Position numbers and translations under genes: made by a program. A stretch of 64,000 nt of DNA, taken from the NCBI GenBank assembly GCA_031409655.1, contig JANNXQ010000078.1, positions 32,001-96,000 on the forward strand. The letters are read 5' to 3'. Numbering within the stretch: position 1 is the first letter of the stretch; each line of letters opens with the position of its first letter. The notes beneath the pieces were generated by a model. The model saw only the letters and a program-made list of their open reading frames with translations, searched no databases and was not told the DNA's origin. Source of the DNA: Chthoniobacteraceae bacterium (GTDB lineage Bacteria; Verrucomicrobiota; Verrucomicrobiia; Chthoniobacterales; Chthoniobacteraceae). This document shows positions 18,300 through 27,553 of this stretch, in pieces.

Positions 18300-19640
18300 T
18301 CACACTTTCCACGCCCCGCGATACTCGCGCGTGAGCCACTTCGCGTCGCCCGTGCCGCCAGCGAATTCGTTCTTCGCGGGGTCCCACTGAATCTTCTGCC
18401 CGTGCCAGTAGGCGAGGCTCGTGAGGTGGCAGGCGGTCACGGTGCGAGCGCCCACTTCCACGTCGCAGATCGGCGGCTTGCGGCTGGCGATGGAAGTGAG
18501 GAAGTCGGCCTTGTGATCGGTGCTCGCGTAGAGCTTCACCTTCGCGTCGGTCAGGAATTCCTTCTCCACCGCGTCGAGTTGCGCGGCCAGCTTGGGCTTC
18601 GCGTCCTTCTCCACCGCGTTTGCTTTCTCCGCGCCCATCAAGGTCATCTTGAACTTCCCGCGGTTCACGTAGATCACGCCGCCGGTGCCGTGGAAGGTCA
18701 CGCCGTTTTCCTTGATGTGCTCGATCTCGATGCCGCCGGCGTAACGCAGCTTCACGCCAGCGTCCGCGGTCTGCCAATCGCTCGGCGGGAGGATTTCGAT
18801 CGGCCCGCTGGCGTCCATGCCGAGGCCCCAGTGCGCGATGTCGAGATGATGCGCGCCCCGGTCGGTGACGCCGCCGCCGCCGTATTCGCGATAGGAGCGC
18901 CATTGCGGAAAATGATTATGCACACCGCGCGGGCTCAGGATTTCATTGAACTCCCGCTGCGGCGCGGGCCCGAGCCACAGATCCCAGTCGAGCCCCTTCT
19001 CCATCTCCTGCCCGGGCAGATCGCACGGTTTCGCCGGCCCACCGAAGCCCGCGGTCACGCGCGACACTTTGCCGATCACGCCGTTCCGCACGAGTTCGCA
19101 CGCAACGCGAAATTCTCGCGAAGACCGCTGCATCGATCCGGTCTGAAAGACGCGATTGTTTTTCCGCACTGCATCGACCAGAGCACGTGCTTCGTGAATC
19201 GTCTGTGTGAGCGGCTTCTCGCAGTAGATGTCCTTGCCCGCCTCCGCCGCGGCGATGGCGATGAGCGCGTGCCAGTGATCCGGCGTCGCGATGACGACGG
19301 CGTCGATATCCGTCCGTGCGAGCAGTTCGCGGTAGTCGTTGTACGCCGCGCAGCCTTTGTAAGTCGCGTCCGTCTTCTTCGCGTAGAAAGCCTCGGCGGC
19401 CTTCTTCCCATCCTCGCGGCGCGTGGCGTCCACATCGCACACCGCCACGGCCTGCGCTTCCGGCTTCGTCATGAGGCCGCTCATGAGTCCGCGCGCCTGC
19501 TTGCCGTAGCCGATCACGGCGAAATTGATCCGCGAGTTTGGCTTCGTCTCCGCGGACCAAATGCGCGACGGCAGGAAGAGCGGCGCGACGCCGGCGGCGA
19601 GGGTGGTCTTGAGGAAAGTGCGGCGAGTCGGGGTGTGCAT
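18300..19640 (-). CDS. Tat-exported Gfo/Idh/MocA oxidoreductase
   Basis: TRRTFLK Tat motif, IATPDHWHA, YCEKP, QTGSMQRS, WDLWLGPAP. Confidence 0.92.
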   Translation of the reverse strand: MHTPTRRTFLKTTLAAGVAPLFLPSRIWSAETKPNSRINFAVIGYGKQARGLMSGLMTKPEAQAVAVCDVDATRREDGKKAAEAFYAKKTDATYKGCAAYNDYRELLARTDIDAVVIATPDHWHALIAIAAAEAGKDIYCEKPLTQTIHEARALVDAVRKNNRVFQTGSMQRSSREFRVACELVRNGVIGKVSRVTAGFGGPAKPCDLPGQEMEKGLDWDLWLGPAPQREFNEILSPRGVHNHFPQWRSYREYGGGGVTDRGAHHLDIAHWGLGMDASGPIEILPPSDWQTADAGVKLRYAGGIEIEHIKENGVTFHGTGGVIYVNRGKFKMTLMGAEKANAVEKDAKPKLAAQLDAVEKEFLTDAKVKLYASTDHKADFLTSIASRKPPICDVEVGARTVTACHLTSLAYWHGQKIQWDPAKNEFAGGTGDAKWLTREYRGAWKV

Positions 19641-19709
19641 GGAGGGGAAGGTTTTGAGGTAAGTGATGGAAATCGAGCGCGTCCGAGCACGCAATGAATT
19701 AGCGCGCCG

Positions 19710-20372
19710 CTACTTCACGGTCTGTTCGAGCCCGAGTTTTTCGAGCACCTCTTTGGGCGGCCCATCAAAGGTCGCAAGCGGGATATTGCCGACGTAGCCG
19801 ATGGCCTTCCAGCCATCGACCGTGCTGAAGTATCCGCCGGCCGTGAGGCTGCGCATCTTGAGGAAAAAATGCGCGGGCCTTTTGAACTCAGCGGCGGTCG
19901 TGGAGCGATTGCAGATGTCGTCACAGATCGCGCGGTGTTGCGCGGCGTCGAGCGCGGCAAAGCCTTTCTGGAAGCGCTTCTGCGCCTCGGTGTCGAGCCA
20001 GGCGAGACCCTCCAGGATCATCGGACGATCCGCAGTTTGGATCGGATACGGAGCGCTCACCCATTCGTCAATGAACTCGGGCACACCCACCGCGCTCGCC
20101 GCAGGGCCGAGATCGTCGGCGGGGATGAGAATGTCGCAGAGCGTCTTCACGGTGAGGCGCTGTTTGGCGTCGAGGATCAGCGGCCAGGCGTCGCTGGGCT
20201 TGTACTCCTTCATCAGATTCGGGTCGGTGCCGTAGCCCTTCCTCGCGAGGGCGGCAGTCGTGCCGCTCTGGGCGAAGAGTTCCAGTTCACTCACGGACAT
20301 GGCCGCGCTGGCGGCGGCGAACCACTTGAGCACTTCGCGGCGGGAAAGGCGGGGACGGGGTTCGTTGTTCAT
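19710..20372 (-). CDS. Gluconate 2-dehydrogenase subunit 3 family protein (Tat)
   Basis: SRREVLK; 'LCDILIPAD..PAASAVGVPEFID', 'GGYFST..G..AIGYVGN'. Confidence 0.85.
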   Translation of the reverse strand: MNNEPRPRLSRREVLKWFAAASAAMSVSELELFAQSGTTAALARKGYGTDPNLMKEYKPSDAWPLILDAKQRLTVKTLCDILIPADDLGPAASAVGVPEFIDEWVSAPYPIQTADRPMILEGLAWLDTEAQKRFQKGFAALDAAQHRAICDDICNRSTTAAEFKRPAHFFLKMRSLTAGGYFSTVDGWKAIGYVGNIPLATFDGPPKEVLEKLGLEQTVK

Positions 20373-20384
20373 GCGGGTGCCTGG

Positions 20385-22175
20385 TTACAGCGCTCCTTTG
20401 CGGGCTTGTTCGATGAGGTAGTCGCCGGTGCGCCAGGCGAGCGCCATGATGGTGAGCGTCGGGTTCTTATCGGCGTTGGAAGGGAAAGGAGAGCCATCGC
20501 AGAGGAAGAGATTCCTCACGTCCCACGTCTGGTTCCATTGGTTGCACACCGATTTCTTCGCGTCGTCACCCATGATCGCGCCGCCGACTTCGTGGATGAT
20601 CTTCCCGCCAGTCTCAATATAGGAGAGCGGATCGTCGGACTTCGGAGTGCGCACCGTGCCACCCATGGCTTGGATGAGTTCCGAAAAAGTCCGGCGCGCG
20701 TGAGCCGCCTGCTTTAGCTCGTGCTCGCTCCATTTCCAGTGCCAGCGCAGCACCGGCACGCCCCACTTGTCTTTCACCGTCGGATCGAGCTCACAGAAAG
20801 AGCCTTCATTTGGGATCATCTCGCCGCGACACGCGTAACCGACAAACGAGCCGTAGTAACGGCGCGCCTCTTCCTTAAACTTCGACCCATAACTCCCGAG
20901 CGTCAGATCATCCGGCACCGGATTGCCACCCATCGGCATATTCCGCGAGCCACCCATCTCGATGTGATACCCACGCGGGAAATCCGTCTTACCCGCGGCC
21001 TGCTCCTGGTAAAGCCACCACGGCGAGTAGAAGTGCGATCCGCCAGCGCCGTCCTCGTTGTGCGGCGGACAATTTTCCAGCATCGGGATATGCCCGTTCA
21101 CGCCGGTGCCGACCGTGTCCATGATGTACTTGCCGACGAGCCCACTCGAATTCGCGACCCCTTTGCCGCCATTCGAGTTCAGCAGGATACGCACGGTCTA
21201 GCCGCTGCTCGCCGCCACTACCACCGCCTTCGCTTTGACGCGCTGCTCACTGCCATTGGTCTTGTCGATGAAGAGCACCCCGGTCGCCTTGCCGTCCGCA
21301 CCCATCAGGATTTCGCGGGCGTGGGCATTGGGGATGATGTCGAGATTCTCCGTCGCCAATGCAGGCGGAAGGTGCACCGTCGTCGATTGGTAGTTCGCGC
21401 GAATCGAGCACCCGCGCCCACAATCCGTGGCCCAGAAACACGCCGCCCGCGCGCGCATGGCTTCCGCGACGATCTTTTGAGCCCGTTCATTTCCGGGATG
21501 CAGCTTCTGCGGGATGTTCTCCCAATCGAGCGCCTTGGTCAGCACGGCGCGATGGATCGGCATGAAAGGAATGCCAAGCTTCTTGCCATACTTTTGCGAG
21601 AGCAACTCGGCGACGCGACCCTTCGGCGGCGGGAGTAACACACCGTCTGGCGAGTCGGGCGTGTTTTCCATCCCGGAGTTCGTGCCATAGACACCGATGA
21701 GCATCTCGACCTTCGTGTAGTAAGGATCGACGTCCTCGTAACTCACTGGCCAATCGAAACCCAGCCCATCGCGAGTGCGCGGTTTGAAGTCGTAAGGTCC
21801 ATTGCGTAGCGAGATGCGGCCCCAGTGATTCGTGCGCCCGCCGAGCATGCGCGTCCGCCGCCACATGAACTGCTCCTCCTCTTTCTCCGAAGCCTGCGTG
21901 TAAGGCTCGCCCGGCACCTCCCACCCGCCATCGATCGTCGCATCGTAGAAGCCAAAATTTTTCTCCGGCGTCTTCTCGCCGCGCAGCGGTGCCTGATCCC
22001 CGCGCTGAAACATCGGCGTCTCCGTCAGCGGATCGTAGTTCCGCCCCGCCTCCAGCATCACGCACTTCAGTCCCGCGAGCGTGAGCGTGTAAGCCATCTG
22101 CCCGCCGCCCGCACCGGAACCGATGATGGCAACGTCGTATTCAGTTTTTGCCTGGGAAGCGGAGATGATGGGCAT
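20385..22175 (-). pseudogene. GMC family FAD oxidoreductase interrupted by an in-frame TAG at 21198-21200
   Basis: N-half has IIGSGAGG and LGGRTNHWGR; the frame reads VVVAASSG*TVRILLNS into a C-half with HEVGG and KNPTLTIMALAWR. Confidence 0.8.
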
Positions 22176-22214
22176 TGTTGGAATGCGGGTGCTGTGGTGG
22201 GAACGGACGCTGGC

Positions 22215-23594
22215 TCAACGGCGCGCCGCCAATTGTTTCTGCAAGCCGGCCAGGGTGGAAGCATTCGCGGGAAGCGCAGCGACGTTGTGCCATTCCCCGG
22301 GGTCCGCCTGATGATCGTACAGTTCGAGTTTCCCGTCGCTCCACTCCGTGAGCCGCCAGCGCTCCGTGCGCAGGGAAAAACCACTCATGCCGCCACCCCG
22401 CACGAGATGCGTGAGCGCGCTGTCGCGGATGGCTTGCGCCGGATCGTCGAGCAATGGCGCGAGGCTCTGCCCTTTCACCGTGGCCGGCACAGTGAGCCCG
22501 CAGAGCCCAACGACGGTCGGGTAAATATCGAGAAACTCGACGAGGCTGCGGCACACCGCGGGCTTCACTTCAGGCGCGACGATGAGCAGCGGCGCACGGC
22601 AGGAGCGGTCGAAGAGCGTGTTCTTATTCCACCAACCGCGCTCGCCGAGATGGTAGCCGTGATCGCCCACAAAGATGACCACCGTCTTCTCCCAAAGCTT
22701 CAGCCGGTCCATCGCGTCCATGAGCCGCCCGACCTGCGCATCCGTCTGCGACGTACCGGCATAGTAGTGCGTGAGAAAGTCCTTCCGGTCCGCATCCGTG
22801 AACTGCGCGAAGGCCGCCTCGAAGGCTCCACCGCCGAGCGTCTGCTTGAACATTGGTGTCGCATCCGCCGGATCGCGATGCAGCTTCAGCGACCCCGCGG
22901 GAAACTGCGCGACGTAACGCTTGCCCACCACAAAGGGATCGTGCGGTCGGTGAAATCCCGCGCCGATAAACCACGGCTTGCCCGCGAGCCGCTCCATCGC
23001 CGCGATCGCCTGCTGCGCCGTCTGCCCGTCGGATTGATCGTCGTCGGTTCCTTCGAGATCCGCCACCTCGCACCACTTCAAAGTGCCCCCCGTGAGATTC
23101 CGCCGCGGCCCGGTGTTCCCGAGCTTCGTCGCCTTGAACATCTTCGCCTCATCCCACGATTTCGCGCCGTCGAGAAAACGATTCTCCGCCTGCCCCTCGG
23201 TCCCTCCCGCGTGGTAGATCTTCCCATAAGAAACCGCGGTCGCCCCATGCTGCCGGAAGAGCTCCGGCAGCGTCACGATGTCCGGCATGGTCTCGCGGAA
23301 GAAAGTGCCGTTGCCCGTCACGCCATTCACCTCCGGCCGTGTGCTCGTGAGCATCGAAGTGCGGCTCGGATTGCACACCGGATACTGCACGTAAGCCCGA
23401 TCAAACCGCACCCCGCGCGCGGCGAGCCGATCGAGATTCGGCGTCTTCGCCTGCGCATCGCCGTAGCAGCCCAGCGCCGGCCGAAGATCATCCGCCATGA
23501 TGAGCAAGACATTGTAACGCGGCGCATCCGCAGCGCGCAGCGCGGCCAGTGAGCCGAGCAGGATGGCGGCGAGGGTTGCGATGATTTGTTTCAT
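22215..23594 (-). CDS. Sulfatase (iduronate-2-sulfatase-like)
   Basis: Signal peptide; NVLLIMADDL, CNPSRTS (CxPxR), GKIYH, RPHDP, GDHGYHLGE. Confidence 0.93.
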   Translation of the reverse strand: MKQIIATLAAILLGSLAALRAADAPRYNVLLIMADDLRPALGCYGDAQAKTPNLDRLAARGVRFDRAYVQYPVCNPSRTSMLTSTRPEVNGVTGNGTFFRETMPDIVTLPELFRQHGATAVSYGKIYHAGGTEGQAENRFLDGAKSWDEAKMFKATKLGNTGPRRNLTGGTLKWCEVADLEGTDDDQSDGQTAQQAIAAMERLAGKPWFIGAGFHRPHDPFVVGKRYVAQFPAGSLKLHRDPADATPMFKQTLGGGAFEAAFAQFTDADRKDFLTHYYAGTSQTDAQVGRLMDAMDRLKLWEKTVVIFVGDHGYHLGERGWWNKNTLFDRSCRAPLLIVAPEVKPAVCRSLVEFLDIYPTVVGLCGLTVPATVKGQSLAPLLDDPAQAIRDSALTHLVRGGGMSGFSLRTERWRLTEWSDGKLELYDHQADPGEWHNVAALPANASTLAGLQKQLAARR

Positions 23595-23885
23595 GGTGTG
23601 ATGCCGATCGTGTCCGCGACGTTCGCGATCGGGAGCGGGGCGACCTTTGGCGGCGCCTGCGCGACGAAAGTGCCGGGGGGACGAAGTGCGGATCGGTGAA
23701 CGGAGGCGAACAAGCGGGAATGTTCGCCCGTAAATCTCACCGTCGGCAATCCGTAAGAGCGATTTTGCGTCGCCGATGAAGTCGCCGCGGATGCTGTCTT
23801 CGGCTCCCGGTCGCGCGGGCGCCGGCAGAAAGTCTCATCACCTTTCGCGTGGCGACGGGGGCGAGAAGGAGACTACATTCACCGC

Positions 23886-24833
23886 ATGGCGACGACCAAA
23901 CAACTCGCAGAACTTTTCCGCGCCGTCGCAGGGCACGACATGCCTCGTGCCGTGGAATCTGCGCGGCGCATCGCCCAGATCGAAGCGGACAAGGGCAATC
24001 ACAGCGCTGCGCGCGACCTGCTCGGCTCGCTCAACGGCTACGCCACGCCGGGGCATGCCGGTCATTCACATCCCATCGCGCAGAGCCTGACCGCGCAGCA
24101 GTGCGTGTCCTTTCTCCCCCACTCCGCGACGCTCGACGCGCTTGAACTCCCCGCCGCACTCCGCGCGGAAATCTTGGAGCTTTCCGCCGAGTGGAGGCAC
24201 CGCGCCGAGCTACGGGCGCAGGGCATCCCACGCCGCTGGCGGCTGCTTTTCCACGGCCCGCCTGGCTGCGGGAAAAGCGCCACCGCCGCCGCGCTCGGCC
24301 AGCTCGTTGGCCTCCCCGTGTATCTTGTGCGCTTCGATGCACTCATCGGCGCGTATCTCGGCCAGACTGCACTGCGCCTCCGGGAAGTCTTCCGCTTCGC
24401 CACCGAAAATCCGTGCGTGCTGCTCTTCGATGAAGTGGATGCGCTGGCGAAACGTCGCGGCACACCAATGGAAGTCGGCGAGATCGACCGCGTGGTCATC
24501 GCCTTCATGCAGGAACTCGAACACGCCTCGCCCGAAGGCTTCATCATCGCCACCTGCAACCTCCCGCACTCGCTCGACGACGCCCTCTGGCGCCGCTTCG
24601 ACCTCCCCGTAATTTTCCCCAAACCCACCGCCAAACAGCTCACCACCTTCGCCCGCAAACGCTGCAAGCAACTCGGTTTCGCGCCATCGAAAAAACTCCC
24701 GCTGCTCGCCGCCAAAGCGGGCAACTACGCCCGCGCCGAACAACTCATCGCCGACGAAGCGAGGCGGCGCGCGCTGGCGAAACTAACAGGACGCAGCGCC
24801 AGAACTCACCTTTTGCAAAGTCACAATGCCTGA
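23886..24833 (+). CDS. AAA+ ATPase resembling the ATPase partner of S8 proteases (IetA-like)
   Basis: Walker A GPPGCGKS, Walker B LLFDEVD, 'IIATCN...LDDALWRRFD'; N-terminal 'ARRIAQIEADKGNHSAARDL'. Confidence 0.85.
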   Translation: MATTKQLAELFRAVAGHDMPRAVESARRIAQIEADKGNHSAARDLLGSLNGYATPGHAGHSHPIAQSLTAQQCVSFLPHSATLDALELPAALRAEILELSAEWRHRAELRAQGIPRRWRLLFHGPPGCGKSATAAALGQLVGLPVYLVRFDALIGAYLGQTALRLREVFRFATENPCVLLFDEVDALAKRRGTPMEVGEIDRVVIAFMQELEHASPEGFIIATCNLPHSLDDALWRRFDLPVIFPKPTAKQLTTFARKRCKQLGFAPSKKLPLLAAKAGNYARAEQLIADEARRRALAKLTGRSARTHLLQSHNA

Positions 24834-25731
24834 AATTCCGAAACCAACTGCGAGCGAAATTGCTTCCGCCATTCCAGAAGTCACTGATGCGACCGTGGTC
24901 AAGTCGGGTGGCTTCAAGGTCGTGTATCGCGCGACCATCAATGGCCGGACGGAAGCTTTGAAGCTGGTGCATATTCCATCGTTTGCGGGAATTGATGACC
25001 CGAAGCCGTTTCAAGACGAGTGTTTGGCGCGAGTGCGGCGCGAAGTGCAGACGCTCGCCGACTGCCAAGATCCGAATGTCGTGAAGCTCGGCTCCATCGC
25101 TCCGCGACAAGTGGCAATGCTCGGTGAATCGCTCATCGCGTACTCGGAGGAATTCCTGCCGGGTAAAGACCTCCGCGCACACATCAAGGATGGATGGCGG
25201 CCCGGTGAGCCCGAACTCCGCACCCTTTTCCTCACGCTGATCACCGCCATTAAATCACTCTGGGAATTACCCAATCGCGTCGTCCACCGCGACATCAAGC
25301 CGGACAACATCATCCGGCTGGACGACGACGCCCGCCCGTTCGTGCTTCTCGACCTTGGCATCGCCTACGCCGTATTCGATACCGCGCTGACGGTGAATCC
25401 AGAGCAGCGGTTGCCAGTCGGGACGTTCCCGTATCTGGCGCCGGAAATGTTCCAGCCAAACTTTCGCGACACGATTGATTACCGCAGTGACCTCTACGCC
25501 GCGGCGCTCACGGTCTATGAGTGCGCGACCGGGCGGCATCCGCTCGCGAGGGAAGGCGAATACCTCGTGAAAACGCTGACGCGCATCCTGCAAGACACGC
25601 CGCCTCCGCTCCGCAGCGCGCGGGCCGACTTGTCGCCGGTGCTCTGCGAGATGGTGGATGGGATGTTGAAAAAACGCCCGGCACTGCGCCCGGCGAACCT
25701 TCCATCGCTCATCAACAAGCTCCAATCCTGA
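24826..25731 (+). CDS. Stand-alone Hanks-type Ser/Thr protein kinase
   Basis: SGGFKVVY, ALK, RREV, HRDIKPDN, DLGIA, GTFPYLAPE, SDLY; no TM or sensor domain; overlaps the ATPase stop. Confidence 0.92.
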   Translation: MPEIPKPTASEIASAIPEVTDATVVKSGGFKVVYRATINGRTEALKLVHIPSFAGIDDPKPFQDECLARVRREVQTLADCQDPNVVKLGSIAPRQVAMLGESLIAYSEEFLPGKDLRAHIKDGWRPGEPELRTLFLTLITAIKSLWELPNRVVHRDIKPDNIIRLDDDARPFVLLDLGIAYAVFDTALTVNPEQRLPVGTFPYLAPEMFQPNFRDTIDYRSDLYAAALTVYECATGRHPLAREGEYLVKTLTRILQDTPPPLRSARADLSPVLCEMVDGMLKKRPALRPANLPSLINKLQS

Positions 25732-25733
25732 CC

Positions 25734-26924
25734 ATGAAACTCTACGCACAGCACGGATTTGGCGATGGGGACAAGGTCGCTACGGGATTGGAGAGGGGCT
25801 TGATTGACGGGGCCATCCTCGGTGCCAAAGACCTGCCGGCGGAAAAACTATCCGCCAAGCTCGGCGACCTGCGCGCGGCATCGGCGGGTGCGACGCTGGT
25901 TTTCGACCCGCAGTTTTACGTGAGCCTTCTCCGCAACAACGGTGCGCTCCGCCTCGGCGCACTGGAAAGCTACGATTACTTCCGCAGTTGGCGGCGCAGT
26001 CAGCTTGAGTCGTCCGAACGGGTCGCCGAAGTGCTGGACAGTGCGCTCGAATTTCAAGCGGCAGTTCCACAACTGGACGCGCTTATCGCACCGAACATTC
26101 TCATCTCCCGTTCATTCGATTCCGCCGAGGCGGTGATTGCGAAGAACTTCATCCGGGCGACAGCGAACCGGCACCGACAGACGGGAGACGCGCGGCCTGT
26201 TTTCGCGACGCTGGCTGTGTCGCGCGAGGCGCTGCTTCACACGGATGAATTCGAGAGTTTCCTTGCCGACATCACGCTGCTTGATGAGCCGCCAAACGGT
26301 TTTTACCTCCTCATTGGCGCATCCAGCAGCGAAGCGCGCGGCGAGATTCTCCACGCTGATGTCATCGCCGCGTGGATGCTGCTCAACCGCTCGTTGAAGC
26401 TGAACGGCTTTGAAGTCATCAATGGCTACTCGGATTTGCTGACACCCTTCCTTGCCGCTGTCGGGGCCGATGCCGGTGCTACGGGATGGTTCAACACACT
26501 CCGCGTATTTTCGCTGGAGCGTTTCGGCCCCGCCGCCGGGATGGCGCGGCAGCCGCTGCCGCGCTACCTGTCCGCGCGACTCCTAAATCGCCTGACTTTC
26601 GTCGAACTCAACGCGATGCGGGCGATGTTCCCAAAGATGCTGAATCGCCTGCCCACCGACGCTAGCTTTCCCAGCGACGATGAACCGGAACGAATTGCCG
26701 AGGCGTTTCAGGCATGGGAGGCATTACGAACGATGAGCGCAGCAATGTCCGGCGGCGACATCTCCGCCAATCTGGCGGCGTGCGAACTAGCCGTGGCGGA
26801 GGCGCGAAATGCCTACGGCACTATTGCCGCCGCTGGCTTCCGACTCGGGCCGAAATCCGGAGGCGACCACATCGCCGAAATCCACGAGGGACTTACCGCC
26901 TTCCGCGAGTCCGCAGAACTTTGA
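25734..26924 (+). CDS. Uncharacterised 396-aa alpha/beta protein, third gene of the kinase cassette
   Basis: ATG 2 bp after the kinase stop; globular composition with motifs MKLYAQHG, FDPQFY, GYSD, TGWFNTLRVFS, RYLS. Confidence 0.75.
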   Translation: MKLYAQHGFGDGDKVATGLERGLIDGAILGAKDLPAEKLSAKLGDLRAASAGATLVFDPQFYVSLLRNNGALRLGALESYDYFRSWRRSQLESSERVAEVLDSALEFQAAVPQLDALIAPNILISRSFDSAEAVIAKNFIRATANRHRQTGDARPVFATLAVSREALLHTDEFESFLADITLLDEPPNGFYLLIGASSSEARGEILHADVIAAWMLLNRSLKLNGFEVINGYSDLLTPFLAAVGADAGATGWFNTLRVFSLERFGPAAGMARQPLPRYLSARLLNRLTFVELNAMRAMFPKMLNRLPTDASFPSDDEPERIAEAFQAWEALRTMSAAMSGGDISANLAACELAVAEARNAYGTIAAAGFRLGPKSGGDHIAEIHEGLTAFRESAEL

Positions 26925-27543
26925 CACTCCGCATCAGCGTCTCCACCGCCCGCGCACGGGCACGCGGGCTGAGTGGCTTGGCGGGGCGCGGTGAGTAGTG
27001 GCGGACGATGCGGGCGGTGTCGGCGTCGAATGACCAGAGGCCGACTTTCAGATGGCGAAAGAGGTCGAGCTTTTCCATCGCGAGTCTCGCGGCCGACTTC
27101 GGCAGAACGACGTAGGCAGCGTTTGCGAACCAGCGGTAGCGGCACGCCTGGCTGAGCGCCTTGCGCCAGTCGGTGAGCTTCATCTCGAAGGCGAGCAGCG
27201 ACTCGTCGCGGATGAATGTCTCGTTGCGAAGCTCGACTGCGCGGCCTTCATCGCGGCTGCCCGCATTCGTCCAGACGAACCACACAAAATCCGCGACACC
27301 GAAACCGGCGACCGCCAGCTCGCGCGCGGGCATGGACGAGCGCGGGCGGCCCGCTTGCATCCGCTCCGCGAGATAGGCGCGGCTAAACGCGAGGACGAAC
27401 CCCGATTCGCCCCGCTTGCGGCTCACATTGGCCGGTAAATTTTTGCGGGTGTTTGTCGCGATGGAAATCGGCGGATGGTCGGTGGCGCAACGCACGCTGC
27501 GTCTGTAACCGCCAGGATTCGCGACCGCAAGTGGCGCACTCAT
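26893..27543 (-). CDS. PD-(D/E)xK nuclease-like protein (MmcB/sce7726-like motif set)
   Basis: 'GFGVADFV' ... 'AFEMKLTDWRKALSQACRYRWFA' (D...ExK...QxxxY); convergent, 32-nt overlap with the previous gene. Confidence 0.65.
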   Translation of the reverse strand: MSAPLAVANPGGYRRSVRCATDHPPISIATNTRKNLPANVSRKRGESGFVLAFSRAYLAERMQAGRPRSSMPARELAVAGFGVADFVWFVWTNAGSRDEGRAVELRNETFIRDESLLAFEMKLTDWRKALSQACRYRWFANAAYVVLPKSAARLAMEKLDLFRHLKVGLWSFDADTARIVRHYSPRPAKPLSPRARARAVETLMRSVKVLRTRGRR

Positions 27544-27553
27544 TTTCCGCCGC

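Noticed and set aside
21198..21200. Stop-codon reassignment or pyrrolysine read-through in the GMC gene
   Set aside because: TAG ends many intact genes here (dltD, dltB, cdd, bioB) and no pyl genes are seen; a point mutation or base error is simpler.
25521..25733. N-terminal extension of the 467-aa ORF (likewise the extended starts of ORFs 58320-60056, 60679-62220, 27554-29029)
   Set aside because: These overlap upstream genes; internal ATGs adjacent to upstream stop codons give better starts.
23595..27553. Integrative element or prophage carrying the kinase cassette
   Set aside because: No integrase, transposase, tRNA target or flanking direct repeats were found by eye.
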